Source: an uncultured delta proteobacterium
Lineage (GTDB): Bacteria; Myxococcota_A; UBA9160; UBA4427
Length of the DNA: 64,000 nucleotides
NCBI GenBank assembly: GCA_963822965.1
Contig: CAWGJT010000001.1
Span: forward strand, 224,001-288,000
Direction: 5' to 3'
A program made the translations under genes and the position numbers. Below, in pieces: positions 1 to 8,428 of this stretch. Every line of letters begins with the position of its first letter. Positions within the stretch are counted from its first letter, which is position 1. The notes beneath the pieces are model-generated. The model searched no databases and was not told where the DNA came from. It was given only the letters and a program-made list of their open reading frames with translations.

Positions 1-1147
1 CCTGGGCGAGAAGAAGAGCGAGCTGCCCTACACGGGCGAGGACCGACAGCTGCTCGAGACGATCGGCGCGGCCGGCGCCCTGACCCTCGAGAGTCGGCTG
101 CGCCTGGGCTCGATGCCGTTCGCCGGGCCGCCGGGAGACACGGACGCGGAGGCAGACTCCGCCCGACCCGCGCGGCTGTGCAGCGTCTGCGGACGCATCG
201 TCGGGCGGGATGCGGCCGGCTGCGATTGCCCCGACGGCGAGATCGTCGCGGCTCCCGTTCCGGAGATCCTCTTCGGGAAGTTCGTTCTCGAGCAGCGCGT
301 GGGCCAGGGCAGCATGGGCGTCGTGTTCCGGGCCCTCGACCGGACCCTCGACCGCACCGTCGCCATCAAGACCCTGCCCGCCACCTCGCCCGAGGAGGGG
401 CTTCGGTTGCGTCGCGAGGCGCGCGCCATGGCCGCGGCCCTCCATCCCCACCTGGCCCTCATCTACAGCGCCGAGAGCTGGAAGGGAACGCCGATCCTCG
501 TGACCGAGTTCCTCGCCGGAGGCAACCTCGCCGATCGCATCGCCAACGGGCGGCAGCCCGTCGACGTGGTGGCCGATCTCGGACTCCGGCTCGCCGCGGC
601 GGTGGAGCGACTCCACGCCGCGGGCATCCTCCACCGGGACATCAAGCCCAGCAACATCGGCTTCGACGGGGAGGGCACGGTGAAGCTGCTCGACTTCGGC
701 CTGGCGCGCGTCGTCGGGGCGCGGGTGCCGGACGCCGATCGGGAAGGTGTCACCCGGGTCGGGGCGACCGAGCCGTTCGGGCGATCGTCCACGATCGTGG
801 AGGGGATCGTCGGAACGCCGCTGTACATGTCGCCCCAGGCCCTGGCGGGGGCGTCGCCGGACGCGCGCTTCGACCTCTGGAGCCTGGCGGTGGTGCTCTT
901 CGAGGCGCTGGCCGGGCGTCATCCCGTCGAGCGGGAGTCGTGGTCGGAGACGCTCGCCGCCATCCAGGAGGCGCACATTCCGGACGTGCGCACCTGGGCC
1001 CAGGACTGTCCCGACGCCCTGGCGGTGTTCCTCGCCGAGGCCCTGGGGCCGGAGATCCGGCGCCGACCCCAGACGGCCCGGGAATTCCGGGATCGCTGGG
1101 CGTCGGCGATTCCAGGGGGCGCGGGAGCCGCGAGGTCCGCTGCCTGA
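1..1147 (+). CDS. Ser/Thr protein kinase, 5'-truncated by the window edge (GAF-like segment, Cys cluster, C-terminal kinase domain)
   Basis: Frame open from base 2 (LGEKKSELPYTGEDRQLL...); kinase motifs GQGSMGVV, VAIK, HRDIKPSN, DFG, GTPLYMSP. Confidence 0.9.
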   Translation, partial: LGEKKSELPYTGEDRQLLETIGAAGALTLESRLRLGSMPFAGPPGDTDAEADSARPARLCSVCGRIVGRDAAGCDCPDGEIVAAPVPEILFGKFVLEQRVGQGSMGVVFRALDRTLDRTVAIKTLPATSPEEGLRLRREARAMAAALHPHLALIYSAESWKGTPILVTEFLAGGNLADRIANGRQPVDVVADLGLRLAAAVERLHAAGILHRDIKPSNIGFDGEGTVKLLDFGLARVVGARVPDADREGVTRVGATEPFGRSSTIVEGIVGTPLYMSPQALAGASPDARFDLWSLAVVLFEALAGRHPVERESWSETLAAIQEAHIPDVRTWAQDCPDALAVFLAEALGPEIRRRPQTAREFRDRWASAIPGGAGAARSAA

Positions 1148-1161
1148 CGGACGGCGTCGGC

Positions 1162-2043
1162 TCAGTCCGCGTCGGCGAGCACGCGGGCCAGGGTGCGCGC
1201 GCCTACGGCGTGCATGCGCGGATTGTCGGCCGAGCTGGCGAGACACGCGATCGCGTGGGACAGGGCCCAGCCGCGCGCCCGCGCCCAGGTGGCGTCTTCC
1301 GCGCCGCCGGCGGCGGCCCGGAAGACGGGACGCGCGTCCGCGTCGAAGAGCATCCAGGCCACGGCCAGGTCCGTCGCCGGGTCACCCCCGGTCAGGTCGC
1401 CGAAGTCGAGGACCGCCGCCAGCCGGTCGCCCTGCACCACCAGGTTGGCGGGATGCAGGTCGCCGTGGAGCCACACCCGCCGCCCGGCGCGGGGTGCGTC
1501 CAGGGCCCGCCGCCAGCCCGCAAGCACGGCCTCGCCGTCGATCGCGTCACCGAGCAGCGCGACGCGCTCCTCGAGCATGGCGGTGCGCCCGGCGAGCGGG
1601 CCGCCGCGGAGCTCGTTGGCCGGCGCGTCGTCGGGCGCCGGCGCGTGCAGGGCCGCCACGAAGGCGCCCAGGTGGCGGGCCGCCGGCTCCGGGTCGAGCG
1701 GGGCGTCGGCCGCGGTCTCACCCTCGAACCAGGGGCAGACGCTCCACGCCCAGGGGAAGCCACGGCCGGGACGCCCGACGCGCACGGGCGCCGGGATGGG
1801 GAGCGGCAGGCGCGGCGCCAGCTCGGGCAGCCAGCGCTGCTCGTGCGCCACCAGCCGTGCGCCGAGCGCGCGCCGGGGCAGCCGCACCACCCGCTCGCGC
1901 CCCAGCCGGTAGATCGCGTTGTCCCAGCCCGGCGCGCAGGGCTCCAGGGGGAGCGCGGCCAGGTCGGGGTGCTGGTCGGACAGCAGACCCCGCACCAGCG
2001 CCGCGTCGATCTCCACCTCCGCCGCGGGCATGCGGTGGGCCAT
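1162..2043 (-). CDS. Aminoglycoside phosphotransferase (APH)/choline-kinase family protein
   Basis: GWDN, LHGDLHPAN and DFGD motifs. Confidence 0.88.
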   Translation of the reverse strand: MAHRMPAAEVEIDAALVRGLLSDQHPDLAALPLEPCAPGWDNAIYRLGRERVVRLPRRALGARLVAHEQRWLPELAPRLPLPIPAPVRVGRPGRGFPWAWSVCPWFEGETAADAPLDPEPAARHLGAFVAALHAPAPDDAPANELRGGPLAGRTAMLEERVALLGDAIDGEAVLAGWRRALDAPRAGRRVWLHGDLHPANLVVQGDRLAAVLDFGDLTGGDPATDLAVAWMLFDADARPVFRAAAGGAEDATWARARGWALSHAIACLASSADNPRMHAVGARTLARVLADAD

Positions 2044-2106
2044 GCCGCCTCCGTCTCCACCTGCGACGTCCGTCGCGAGCCCGGGCGCCGGAGCCCCGGG
2101 ACCGGT

Positions 2107-3081
2107 TCAGGGCCGGAAGCCCGCCGCCTCCCGGCAGCGGGAGAGCACCGGACGCGCCAGGTCGCGAGCTCGCGCGGCGCCAGTGAGCAGGATGTCCTCG
2201 ACGTCGTCCGGCCGCTTGGCCAGGTCCTCGCGCCGCTCGCGCATGGGACCGAAGTGCTCGAGCAGCCGCTTCAGGATGTCCTTCTTGACCTCGCCGTAGC
2301 CGAGCCCGCCCTTGGCGGCGCGCTCCTTCATCTCGGCGCGCTCGGCCTTCGTGGCGAAGAGCGACCACAGCTGGAAGACCACGGCGCCGAAGTCCTTCGG
2401 ATCTTCGACGGGGGTCGAGTCGGTGACGATGCCCATCACCGCCTTCTTGATCTGCTTCTCGCTCGCGAACATGGGGATCACGTTGCCCGTGCTCTTGCTC
2501 ATCTTGCCGCCGTCGATCCCCGGCACCACGGCCACGTCCTCGAGGATGTAGGGCTCGGGCAGCTTCAGGGCGTCCTCGCCATAGGCCTGGTTGAAGCGCT
2601 GGGCCATGTCCCGGGTCATCTCCAGGTGCTGCTTCTGGTCCTGGCCCACCGGCACGGCGTCCGAGTCGTAGATGAGGATGTCGGCGGCCATCAGCACCGG
2701 ATACGCGAAGAGCCCGTGATCCGCGGGCTGCCCGTGGGCGACCTTGTCCTTGTAGGCGTGGGCGCGCTCGAGCATGCCCATGGGCGTCACCGTCGAGAGC
2801 AGCCAGGCGAGCTCGCACACCTCGGGGACGTCGCTCTGGCGGAAGATCGTCGAGCGCGCCGGATCGACCCCGGCGGCGAGGTAGTCCAGCGCCACGTTGA
2901 ACGTATAGGTGCGGCGGATCTTCGCGTCGCGCAGGGTCGTCATCGAGTGGTAGTCGGCGATGAAGTAGAGCGCCTCGTCGTACTGGTCCTGCAGCGTCAC
3001 GTACTGGCGCAGGGCACCGAAGTAGTTGCCGATGTGCAGGTACTCGTGGGTGGGCTGGGTGCCCGACAGGACGCGCGTCAT
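2107..3081 (-). CDS. trpS: Tryptophan--tRNA ligase
   Basis: SGTQPT..HIGN, YPVLMAADIL, VPVGQDQKQH, KMSKS. Confidence 0.97.
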   Translation of the reverse strand: MTRVLSGTQPTHEYLHIGNYFGALRQYVTLQDQYDEALYFIADYHSMTTLRDAKIRRTYTFNVALDYLAAGVDPARSTIFRQSDVPEVCELAWLLSTVTPMGMLERAHAYKDKVAHGQPADHGLFAYPVLMAADILIYDSDAVPVGQDQKQHLEMTRDMAQRFNQAYGEDALKLPEPYILEDVAVVPGIDGGKMSKSTGNVIPMFASEKQIKKAVMGIVTDSTPVEDPKDFGAVVFQLWSLFATKAERAEMKERAAKGGLGYGEVKKDILKRLLEHFGPMRERREDLAKRPDDVEDILLTGAARARDLARPVLSRCREAAGFRP

Positions 3082-3151
3082 GTCCCTCGTCTCTCTTCTC
3101 TCGCTTCTCGGTTCGCTTCAGGGCTCTGCTCGGCGCGGATCGCGCGCCAGC

Positions 3152-4102
3152 TCAGGCTTCCGGGCTCGCGGGCGCGAGCCAGTGGGCGAAGGCCGGGTCC
3201 TGGCCCGACGCCACCCGGCGGAAGCGATCCTGCAGGCACTTCGAGATGGGCCCGATCTCGCCGCCCCCCAGCTTCTCGCCGTCCACGGAGACGACGGGCC
3301 ACACGCCTGCGGTGGTGCCGGTGAGGAAGGCCTCCCGGGCCCGGCCCAGCTCTTCGGGGCTCACGTCGCGTTCCACCGCGCGGATGCCCTCGGCGGCCGC
3401 CAGCTCGAGGATCGAGGCGCGGGTGACGCCCAGCAGCACGCGCCGCGGGAGCGGGGTCACCAGGGTGCCCTCCGCGTCCACCAGGAAGAGGTTCGTGGTG
3501 GGCCCCTCGGCGACGTGGCCGTCCTCGTCCACGAGCACGATCTCGTCGTAGCCCGCGGCCCGGGCCAGGGCCTTGGCGACCATGGGCGAGGCGTAGTTGG
3601 CGGACACCTTCGCCTGGGCGGGCATGATGTCCTCGCGCCGGTTCTTGCGCTCTTTCTCCACCCAGAGGCGCACCTCGCGCACCTTCGCGGGCGGCGGGCC
3701 GGGCTTGCGCGCGATGACGTCGGCCTGGGGGTCGTAGGCGGCGATGGCCAGGGCCACGTGGCCGTCCTGGGGCACCACGTCCACCTCGATGGACGGGATG
3801 TACGCGCAGGCCTTCACGGCCCGGGCCCCGGGGTTGCGGCGCACGGTCTCCAGGATGGCCGCCTCGATCTCGTCGCGGCCCTGCTCCAGGGCCAGACCCA
3901 CCATCTCGCACGAACGCAGGAAGCGCAGCACGTGGAGGTCTAGGCGGAACACGCAGGCCCCGCGGGGCGTGTCGTGCACGCTCATGTAGTCGAACACGAG
4001 CGAGCCCCGCTGGAGGCTGTGGGAGAGCACGTGGACGGTGGCCCGCTCCCAGGGAACGAGCTCGCCGTCCAGCCAGATGAGTCGGTCTACGGGCGTCTGC
4101 AC
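3152..4102 (-). CDS. Class IV PLP aminotransferase (branched-chain aminotransferase-like)
   Basis: IWLDGELV, AKVSANY (PLP Lys), EGPTTNLF, LLGVTR, FLTGT. Confidence 0.88.
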   Translation of the reverse strand: MQTPVDRLIWLDGELVPWERATVHVLSHSLQRGSLVFDYMSVHDTPRGACVFRLDLHVLRFLRSCEMVGLALEQGRDEIEAAILETVRRNPGARAVKACAYIPSIEVDVVPQDGHVALAIAAYDPQADVIARKPGPPPAKVREVRLWVEKERKNRREDIMPAQAKVSANYASPMVAKALARAAGYDEIVLVDEDGHVAEGPTTNLFLVDAEGTLVTPLPRRVLLGVTRASILELAAAEGIRAVERDVSPEELGRAREAFLTGTTAGVWPVVSVDGEKLGGGEIGPISKCLQDRFRRVASGQDPAFAHWLAPASPEA

Positions 4103-4280
4103 GGCCGGGACTGTACCCGACGGTCGCGCCGCCGGAAGCGGGGGACCGCCCCGGGGTGGGACCGCGAAAGAAATCCTGCCACGAGAGGGGTCCTCGAAGC
4201 CACTCCCCCTACGACGGATCCGGACGCGTTCGGGGTCACCCCATCCCGACCGCCGACCCCGCGATCAGAGGAGTCCATAC

Positions 4281-4421
4281 ATGACCCGCCGCAAGAGAGC
4301 GCTCTCCAGGGCCACCGATTTCGTCGTGCTGGGGCTCGTCTTCACCGCCCAGCTCTACCGCGAGCTCGCCCAGTCCGCCCTCACCCTGCTCCCCGGCCGC
4401 CGCTCGGAGTGGGAGGTCTAG
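4281..4421 (+). CDS. Small 46-aa hypothetical protein with one hydrophobic segment
   Basis: GAGGAG RBS upstream of ATG 4281, GC3-biased codons, hairpin just after the stop. Confidence 0.6.
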   Translation: MTRRKRALSRATDFVVLGLVFTAQLYRELAQSALTLLPGRRSEWEV

Positions 4422-4423
4422 GG

Positions 4424-4450
4424 GCCGAAGCCGAAGGCTTCGGCGTCTTT
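4424..4450 (+). terminator. Putative intrinsic terminator
   Basis: GCCGAAGCC-GAA-GGCTTCGGC stem followed by GTCTTT. Confidence 0.5.
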
Positions 4451-4548
4451 CGAGATCCAGTCGGCCCTGGCTGCCAGCCCGACTCGCTTCGGTGTCCGAG
4501 CGAGGCCGGGTTCGGTCTCACGCGAAGCCGGACCTGGTGTCGGCTTCG

Positions 4549-4932
4549 TCAGCGGATGCGCTGCCAGTGGGCGGGCTGCGGTGCCGTCGACGGATCCGAG
4601 CCTCCGACCGTCGCCTCGCGGCGGGTTGCTGCAGCCTCGAGCACCTCGTCAGCTTCCAGCTGGTCCTGCACCCGCGACAGCGCCGCACCGCGCGCAGAGG
4701 CCCGCCGGCTGGCGGTGAGCTGCGGCTCGTTGAGCCGCACCCAGGTGCGCGCGGCGAGGGTCAGCGCCAGGCCGAGGAACGCGAGCGCCACCAGCAGCAG
4801 GTCGGCGGGCGACAGGCTGAAGAGCGTCGGTCGGTACGAGGTGGCGATGTAGATCGCCTTCAAGATCCCGCCCGCCGCCAGGGTGGTCCAGCCCAGGAAG
4901 ATCAGCAGATCGATGATCGGAAGCACGGGCAT
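4549..4932 (-). CDS. Hypothetical membrane protein, 2 predicted TM helices (127 aa)
   Basis: GAGGAG RBS before MPVLPIIDLLIFLGW; two hydrophobic stretches. Confidence 0.75.
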   Translation of the reverse strand: MPVLPIIDLLIFLGWTTLAAGGILKAIYIATSYRPTLFSLSPADLLLVALAFLGLALTLAARTWVRLNEPQLTASRRASARGAALSRVQDQLEADEVLEAAATRREATVGGSDPSTAPQPAHWQRIR

Positions 4933-5000
4933 CGCGGTCGCTCCTCGGTCGTTCGGTCCCGCCCGATCCCGCTGTGCGAGAGAACGCCCCTCCATCGGGG

Positions 5001-5038
5001 GATGAGCCATCCTACGCTCATCGCATCCCGTGGGTCAA
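5001..5038 (-). promoter_or_regulatory. Putative sigma70 promoter with an overlapping inverted repeat
   Basis: Minus strand TTGACC-18bp-TAGGAT; GATGAGC/GCTCATC inverted repeat (5001-5022) flanks the -10. Confidence 0.45.
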
Positions 5039-5279
5039 ACATCCCAGCGACCACTTCTGACGTTTGCAGCGCGCCAGCGGCCCGACCGCCCCCGAAGCAC
5101 CTGCAACGAGGCAAAGCTGCGTCGTAGCTGCACATTTCCGGCCGGAAGCACTGCGCGAGCACGCGTCCATCCGTCCCCGTGGAAATCCCGACCCCCGCAG
5201 CTAGACTTCGCGCCCCGCCGCACCCCGTGCGGCCCGCCCGCCCGCAGCAGCTACCGCGGCCGGGAAGCCCGGGAAGCAA

Positions 5280-5355
5280 GCCGACGTAGCTCAGTTGGTA
5301 GAGCAGCTCACTCGTAATGAGCAGGTCTCCGGTTCGAGTCCGGACGTCGGCTCCA
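5280..5355 (+). tRNA. tRNA-Thr(CGT)
   Basis: Acceptor stem GCCGACG/CGTCGGC, D arm AGCTCAGTTGGTAGAGC, anticodon loop CTCGTAA, GGTTCGAGTCC, encoded CCA. Confidence 0.97.
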
Positions 5356-5660
5356 CCCGGTATCCCCGAAGCAGAGAGCCTCGGATTCGCAGGACCGCGC
5401 CAGCGACGCGCTCACTTGCGGGTCCGTGGCTCGGGCTCGAGCTCGCCCTCTCGGTCCAGCCATGAGCGCTACGCGCGTCGATGCAGCACTGCGTGCTTGC
5501 GACGGAGGCCGCGGGGTGGCGTGACCCGGCCGCTTCAAGCCGTTCCGCCGTTCCGCCGATCCACAGGGATCGGGGGCCGCGACGGGCGGCCTGCTGCTGG
5601 CGGGGGAGCCGGGTCATCGACGGAATCTTCTCGTGGATCGCGCGGTGGGAATCGCGGCTG

Positions 5661-6116
5661 ATGTTCCAGCTGGCGCTGTCCGCGGTGTGTGGCGGCATCG
5701 TCGGGCTCGAGCGGCAGCGTCGGGGCAAGGCGATCGGGATCCGCACCAGCATCCTGATCTGCCTCGCGACCATGGTCTTCGTGCGCCTGAGCGAGGATCT
5801 GTCGGTCCCGGGGTCGGGCGCGGACCCCACCCGGGTGCTGGGTCAGGTCGTGACGGGGGTCGGGTTCCTGGGCGCGGGCGTGATCGTCGCCCGGGGCGGC
5901 GAGGTCTTCGGCGTCACCTCCGCCGCGGTGGTGTGGACCCTGGCGGCCATCGGCTGCACCATCGGCATGGGTCGGGCGGTGGAGGCGCTGATCCTCTCGG
6001 GCATGGTCGTCGTCGTGCTGATCGGCGTGCGCATGCTCGAGCACGGCTTCCAGCGGCTCGCGGGCGGCTCCGACGAGCCGGACGACGATCCCACTCCTCC
6101 CGACGGACAGAAGTAG
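5661..6116 (+). CDS. MgtC/SapB family membrane protein (start may lie further upstream)
   Basis: GGIVGLER..GKAIGIRT, DPTRVLGQVVTGVGFLGAG, GVTSAAVVW. Confidence 0.9.
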   Translation: MFQLALSAVCGGIVGLERQRRGKAIGIRTSILICLATMVFVRLSEDLSVPGSGADPTRVLGQVVTGVGFLGAGVIVARGGEVFGVTSAAVVWTLAAIGCTIGMGRAVEALILSGMVVVVLIGVRMLEHGFQRLAGGSDEPDDDPTPPDGQK

Positions 6117-6166
6117 TCGGGGCGAGCGGGCGCCACCGGCGCTCCTCTACCCGCCATCCGCTCGCA

Positions 6167-7723
6167 TCACAGCACCAGCTCGAAGCAGGTTCCGTCGGCG
6201 CCGGTCTCGAGGCGCACGTTGCCGTCGCGGGTCTCCGCCACGGCCTGCACGATGGCGAGGCCGAGGCCGGTGCCGCCCCGGTCGCGCTCGGTGGTGAAGA
6301 AGCGCTGGAAGACGCGCTCGCGGTTGCCGGGACGGATGCCCGGGCCGTGGTCGCGGACGCGGAAGACGACCCGGCCGTCGCGCCCGGAGGCCGAGAGCTC
6401 GACGGGCTTCCCGGCGCCGTGACGCACGGCGTTGTCCAGCAGGTTGCGCAGAGCGGAGTCGAGATGGTCGCGCGGGATCCGCAGCCGGGCGGGAATCCCG
6501 TCGCGCCGGAGCCGCACCGTCTCTCCGTACTCTGCCGCCAGTCCTTCCAGGTAGGCGGCCAGCGCCAGGGGCTCCGCGGTGTCGGGCGCGCTCTGGATGC
6601 GCGCCAGGTGCAACAGCTCGGAGACGAGGCGCCCCATGCGCTCGGCGTCCGCGTCGATGTTGGCGATGAAGCGTTCGCGCTCGGCGGGCTTCATCTCGTC
6701 CCACTGGTCGGCCAGCAGCTCGGCGGCGCCCCGGATGCCCGCGATGGGCGTCTTCAGCTCGTGGCTCACGTTGGCGGCGAACTCGGCGATGTACTCGGCC
6801 CGGTCCGAGAGCTGCACCAGGGTCTGATCGAGCGCGGCGCTCATCTGGCGCAGCTCTTCGGGCGAGAAGCGCGAGAGCCGGGGCGGCCGGTGGCCCTCGC
6901 CCCGGGCGATGCTGCGCGCCGCGCGCGTGATGGCGCGCAGGGGGTGCTCGATGCTGCGGGAGAGGAAGAAGCTCAGACCGACGATGAGCAGCAGACAGCC
7001 GCCCCCCGCCGCCAGGATGCGATCGCGGTCGATCCAGAGCGCCTTGGCGGCGTCGATGGCCGTGCGCGACATGCGCACGACGCCGATCACGGCGCCGTCG
7101 GCCTGGATGGGAATGGCGACGTCCACGCGCACCCGACCCCGCCGGCCGATGCTCTCGAGGGCCGGTGTGGCGCCCGTCTCCGTGCGCGCGCGCAGCACCA
7201 CGCCGTAGTGTCCCGCCAGCGCGGCTTGTACCTCCTCCAGGTGATCCAGGCACGCGCCCGGCGGCTCGCCGCTGGAGGCCACCACGCAGCCCTGGGCGTC
7301 GAGCACCCGGGCGCCGGCCAGGTTCACCCGCACGGCGCGCGCGAGGATGGGCTGGACGGCGAGACCCGCCCGCCACGCCGGTCCGCCGTCGTCGCCCCGA
7401 TAGCGCGAGGGAGCAGTTGCGGGCGGCAGCACGCCCTGCCCCAGCCGGGCCCGGGGCTCGATGGGGAAGTAGCGGTCGTCGCCGGCCTCCACGGGCATCC
7501 AGCGCGGCATGTCGTCGTGGGCGACGTGCATCTCGGCCAGCCAGGCCTCGCGCCAGGCCTCGCCGATGAGCACGCCCTGGGAGATGAGCTGCGCCTCGGT
7601 GCGGCGGATGAGCTGGTCGTCGAAGAAGCGCAGGCCCACCACCGCCAGCAGCGGAAGCGCGAGACAGAAGCCGTTGACGGCGAGCAGCAGCCCCCGGATG
7701 CCGATCCGGCGGCGGGCGCTCAC
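6167..7723 (-). CDS. Sensor histidine kinase (CreC/ChvG-like)
   Basis: Two TM segments, HAMP, H-box SHELKTP, NLLDNA, DHGPG, GGTGLGL; GTG start overlaps the upstream stop. Confidence 0.92.
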   Translation of the reverse strand: MSARRRIGIRGLLLAVNGFCLALPLLAVVGLRFFDDQLIRRTEAQLISQGVLIGEAWREAWLAEMHVAHDDMPRWMPVEAGDDRYFPIEPRARLGQGVLPPATAPSRYRGDDGGPAWRAGLAVQPILARAVRVNLAGARVLDAQGCVVASSGEPPGACLDHLEEVQAALAGHYGVVLRARTETGATPALESIGRRGRVRVDVAIPIQADGAVIGVVRMSRTAIDAAKALWIDRDRILAAGGGCLLLIVGLSFFLSRSIEHPLRAITRAARSIARGEGHRPPRLSRFSPEELRQMSAALDQTLVQLSDRAEYIAEFAANVSHELKTPIAGIRGAAELLADQWDEMKPAERERFIANIDADAERMGRLVSELLHLARIQSAPDTAEPLALAAYLEGLAAEYGETVRLRRDGIPARLRIPRDHLDSALRNLLDNAVRHGAGKPVELSASGRDGRVVFRVRDHGPGIRPGNRERVFQRFFTTERDRGGTGLGLAIVQAVAETRDGNVRLETGADGTCFELVL

Positions 7724-8428
7724 GCGCTGGCGTCCCGGGACCCTTCGCGCAGGCGGTAGCCCAGGCCGTAGATGGTCTCGATGGGGTCGCCGCCGGCGCG
7801 CCGCAGCTTGCCGCGGATGCGGCGGATGTGGCTGTCGATGGTGCGGTCGGTGATGTGGTGGCCGGCGCCGTACGCGCGATCGACGAGCTCGTCCCGGGTG
7901 TACACCCGGCCGGGCATGCCGCACAGCGACCGCAGCAGGCCGAACTCCTTGACGGTGAGCGACACCGGCAGGCCGGCCCAGGTGCAGCAGTGGCGGTCCA
8001 GGTCGAGGCGCAGGCAGCCATGCTCGATGGTGCGCTCGGCCTGCGCATCGGGCTCGGCCGCCAGGCTGCGGCCCCGGCTCAGGATGCGCTTCACCCGGGC
8101 CACCAGCTCGCGCGGGCTGAAGGGCTTCACCACGTAGTCGTCGCCACCCAGCTCGAGCCCCAGCACCCGGTCGAGCTCGTCGTCGCGGCTCGACAGGAAC
8201 AGGATCGCCACGTCGCTGCGTCGCCGGAGGACGCGACACACCTCGAAGCCGTCGGTCTCGGGAAGCCCGATGTCCAGGACGACGAGATCGGGACCGTGCG
8301 CGTCGAAGCTCGCCAGCGCGGCCGCTCCCGTCGGCCGCCTCGTCCACCACGTGGCCCGCCTTCGCGAGCGCGAAGCAGAGCACCTCACGAATGTGTGCGT
8401 CGTCGTCGACGACGAGGATCCTGGGCAT
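7720..8428 (-). CDS. OmpR-family response regulator (apparent frameshift near 8328)
   Basis: MPRILVVDDD in one frame; LDIGLP, KPFSPREL, IDSHIRRIRGKL, ETIYGLGY in the next. Confidence 0.9.

Noticed and set aside
178..3324. Very long alternative-frame and antisense ORFs (also 19089-23432, 34393-37977, 51669-54755)
   Set aside because: Shadow ORFs expected at high GC; Arg/Pro/Gly-rich with no motifs, overlapping well-supported genes.
5040..5160. c-di-GMP-I riboswitch (GCAAA words)
   Set aside because: The required GAAA-tetraloop stem and conserved spacing are absent.
5280..5480. tRNA-Thr as an integration site for a genomic island
   Set aside because: No integrase and no duplicated tRNA 3' end noticed in the window.
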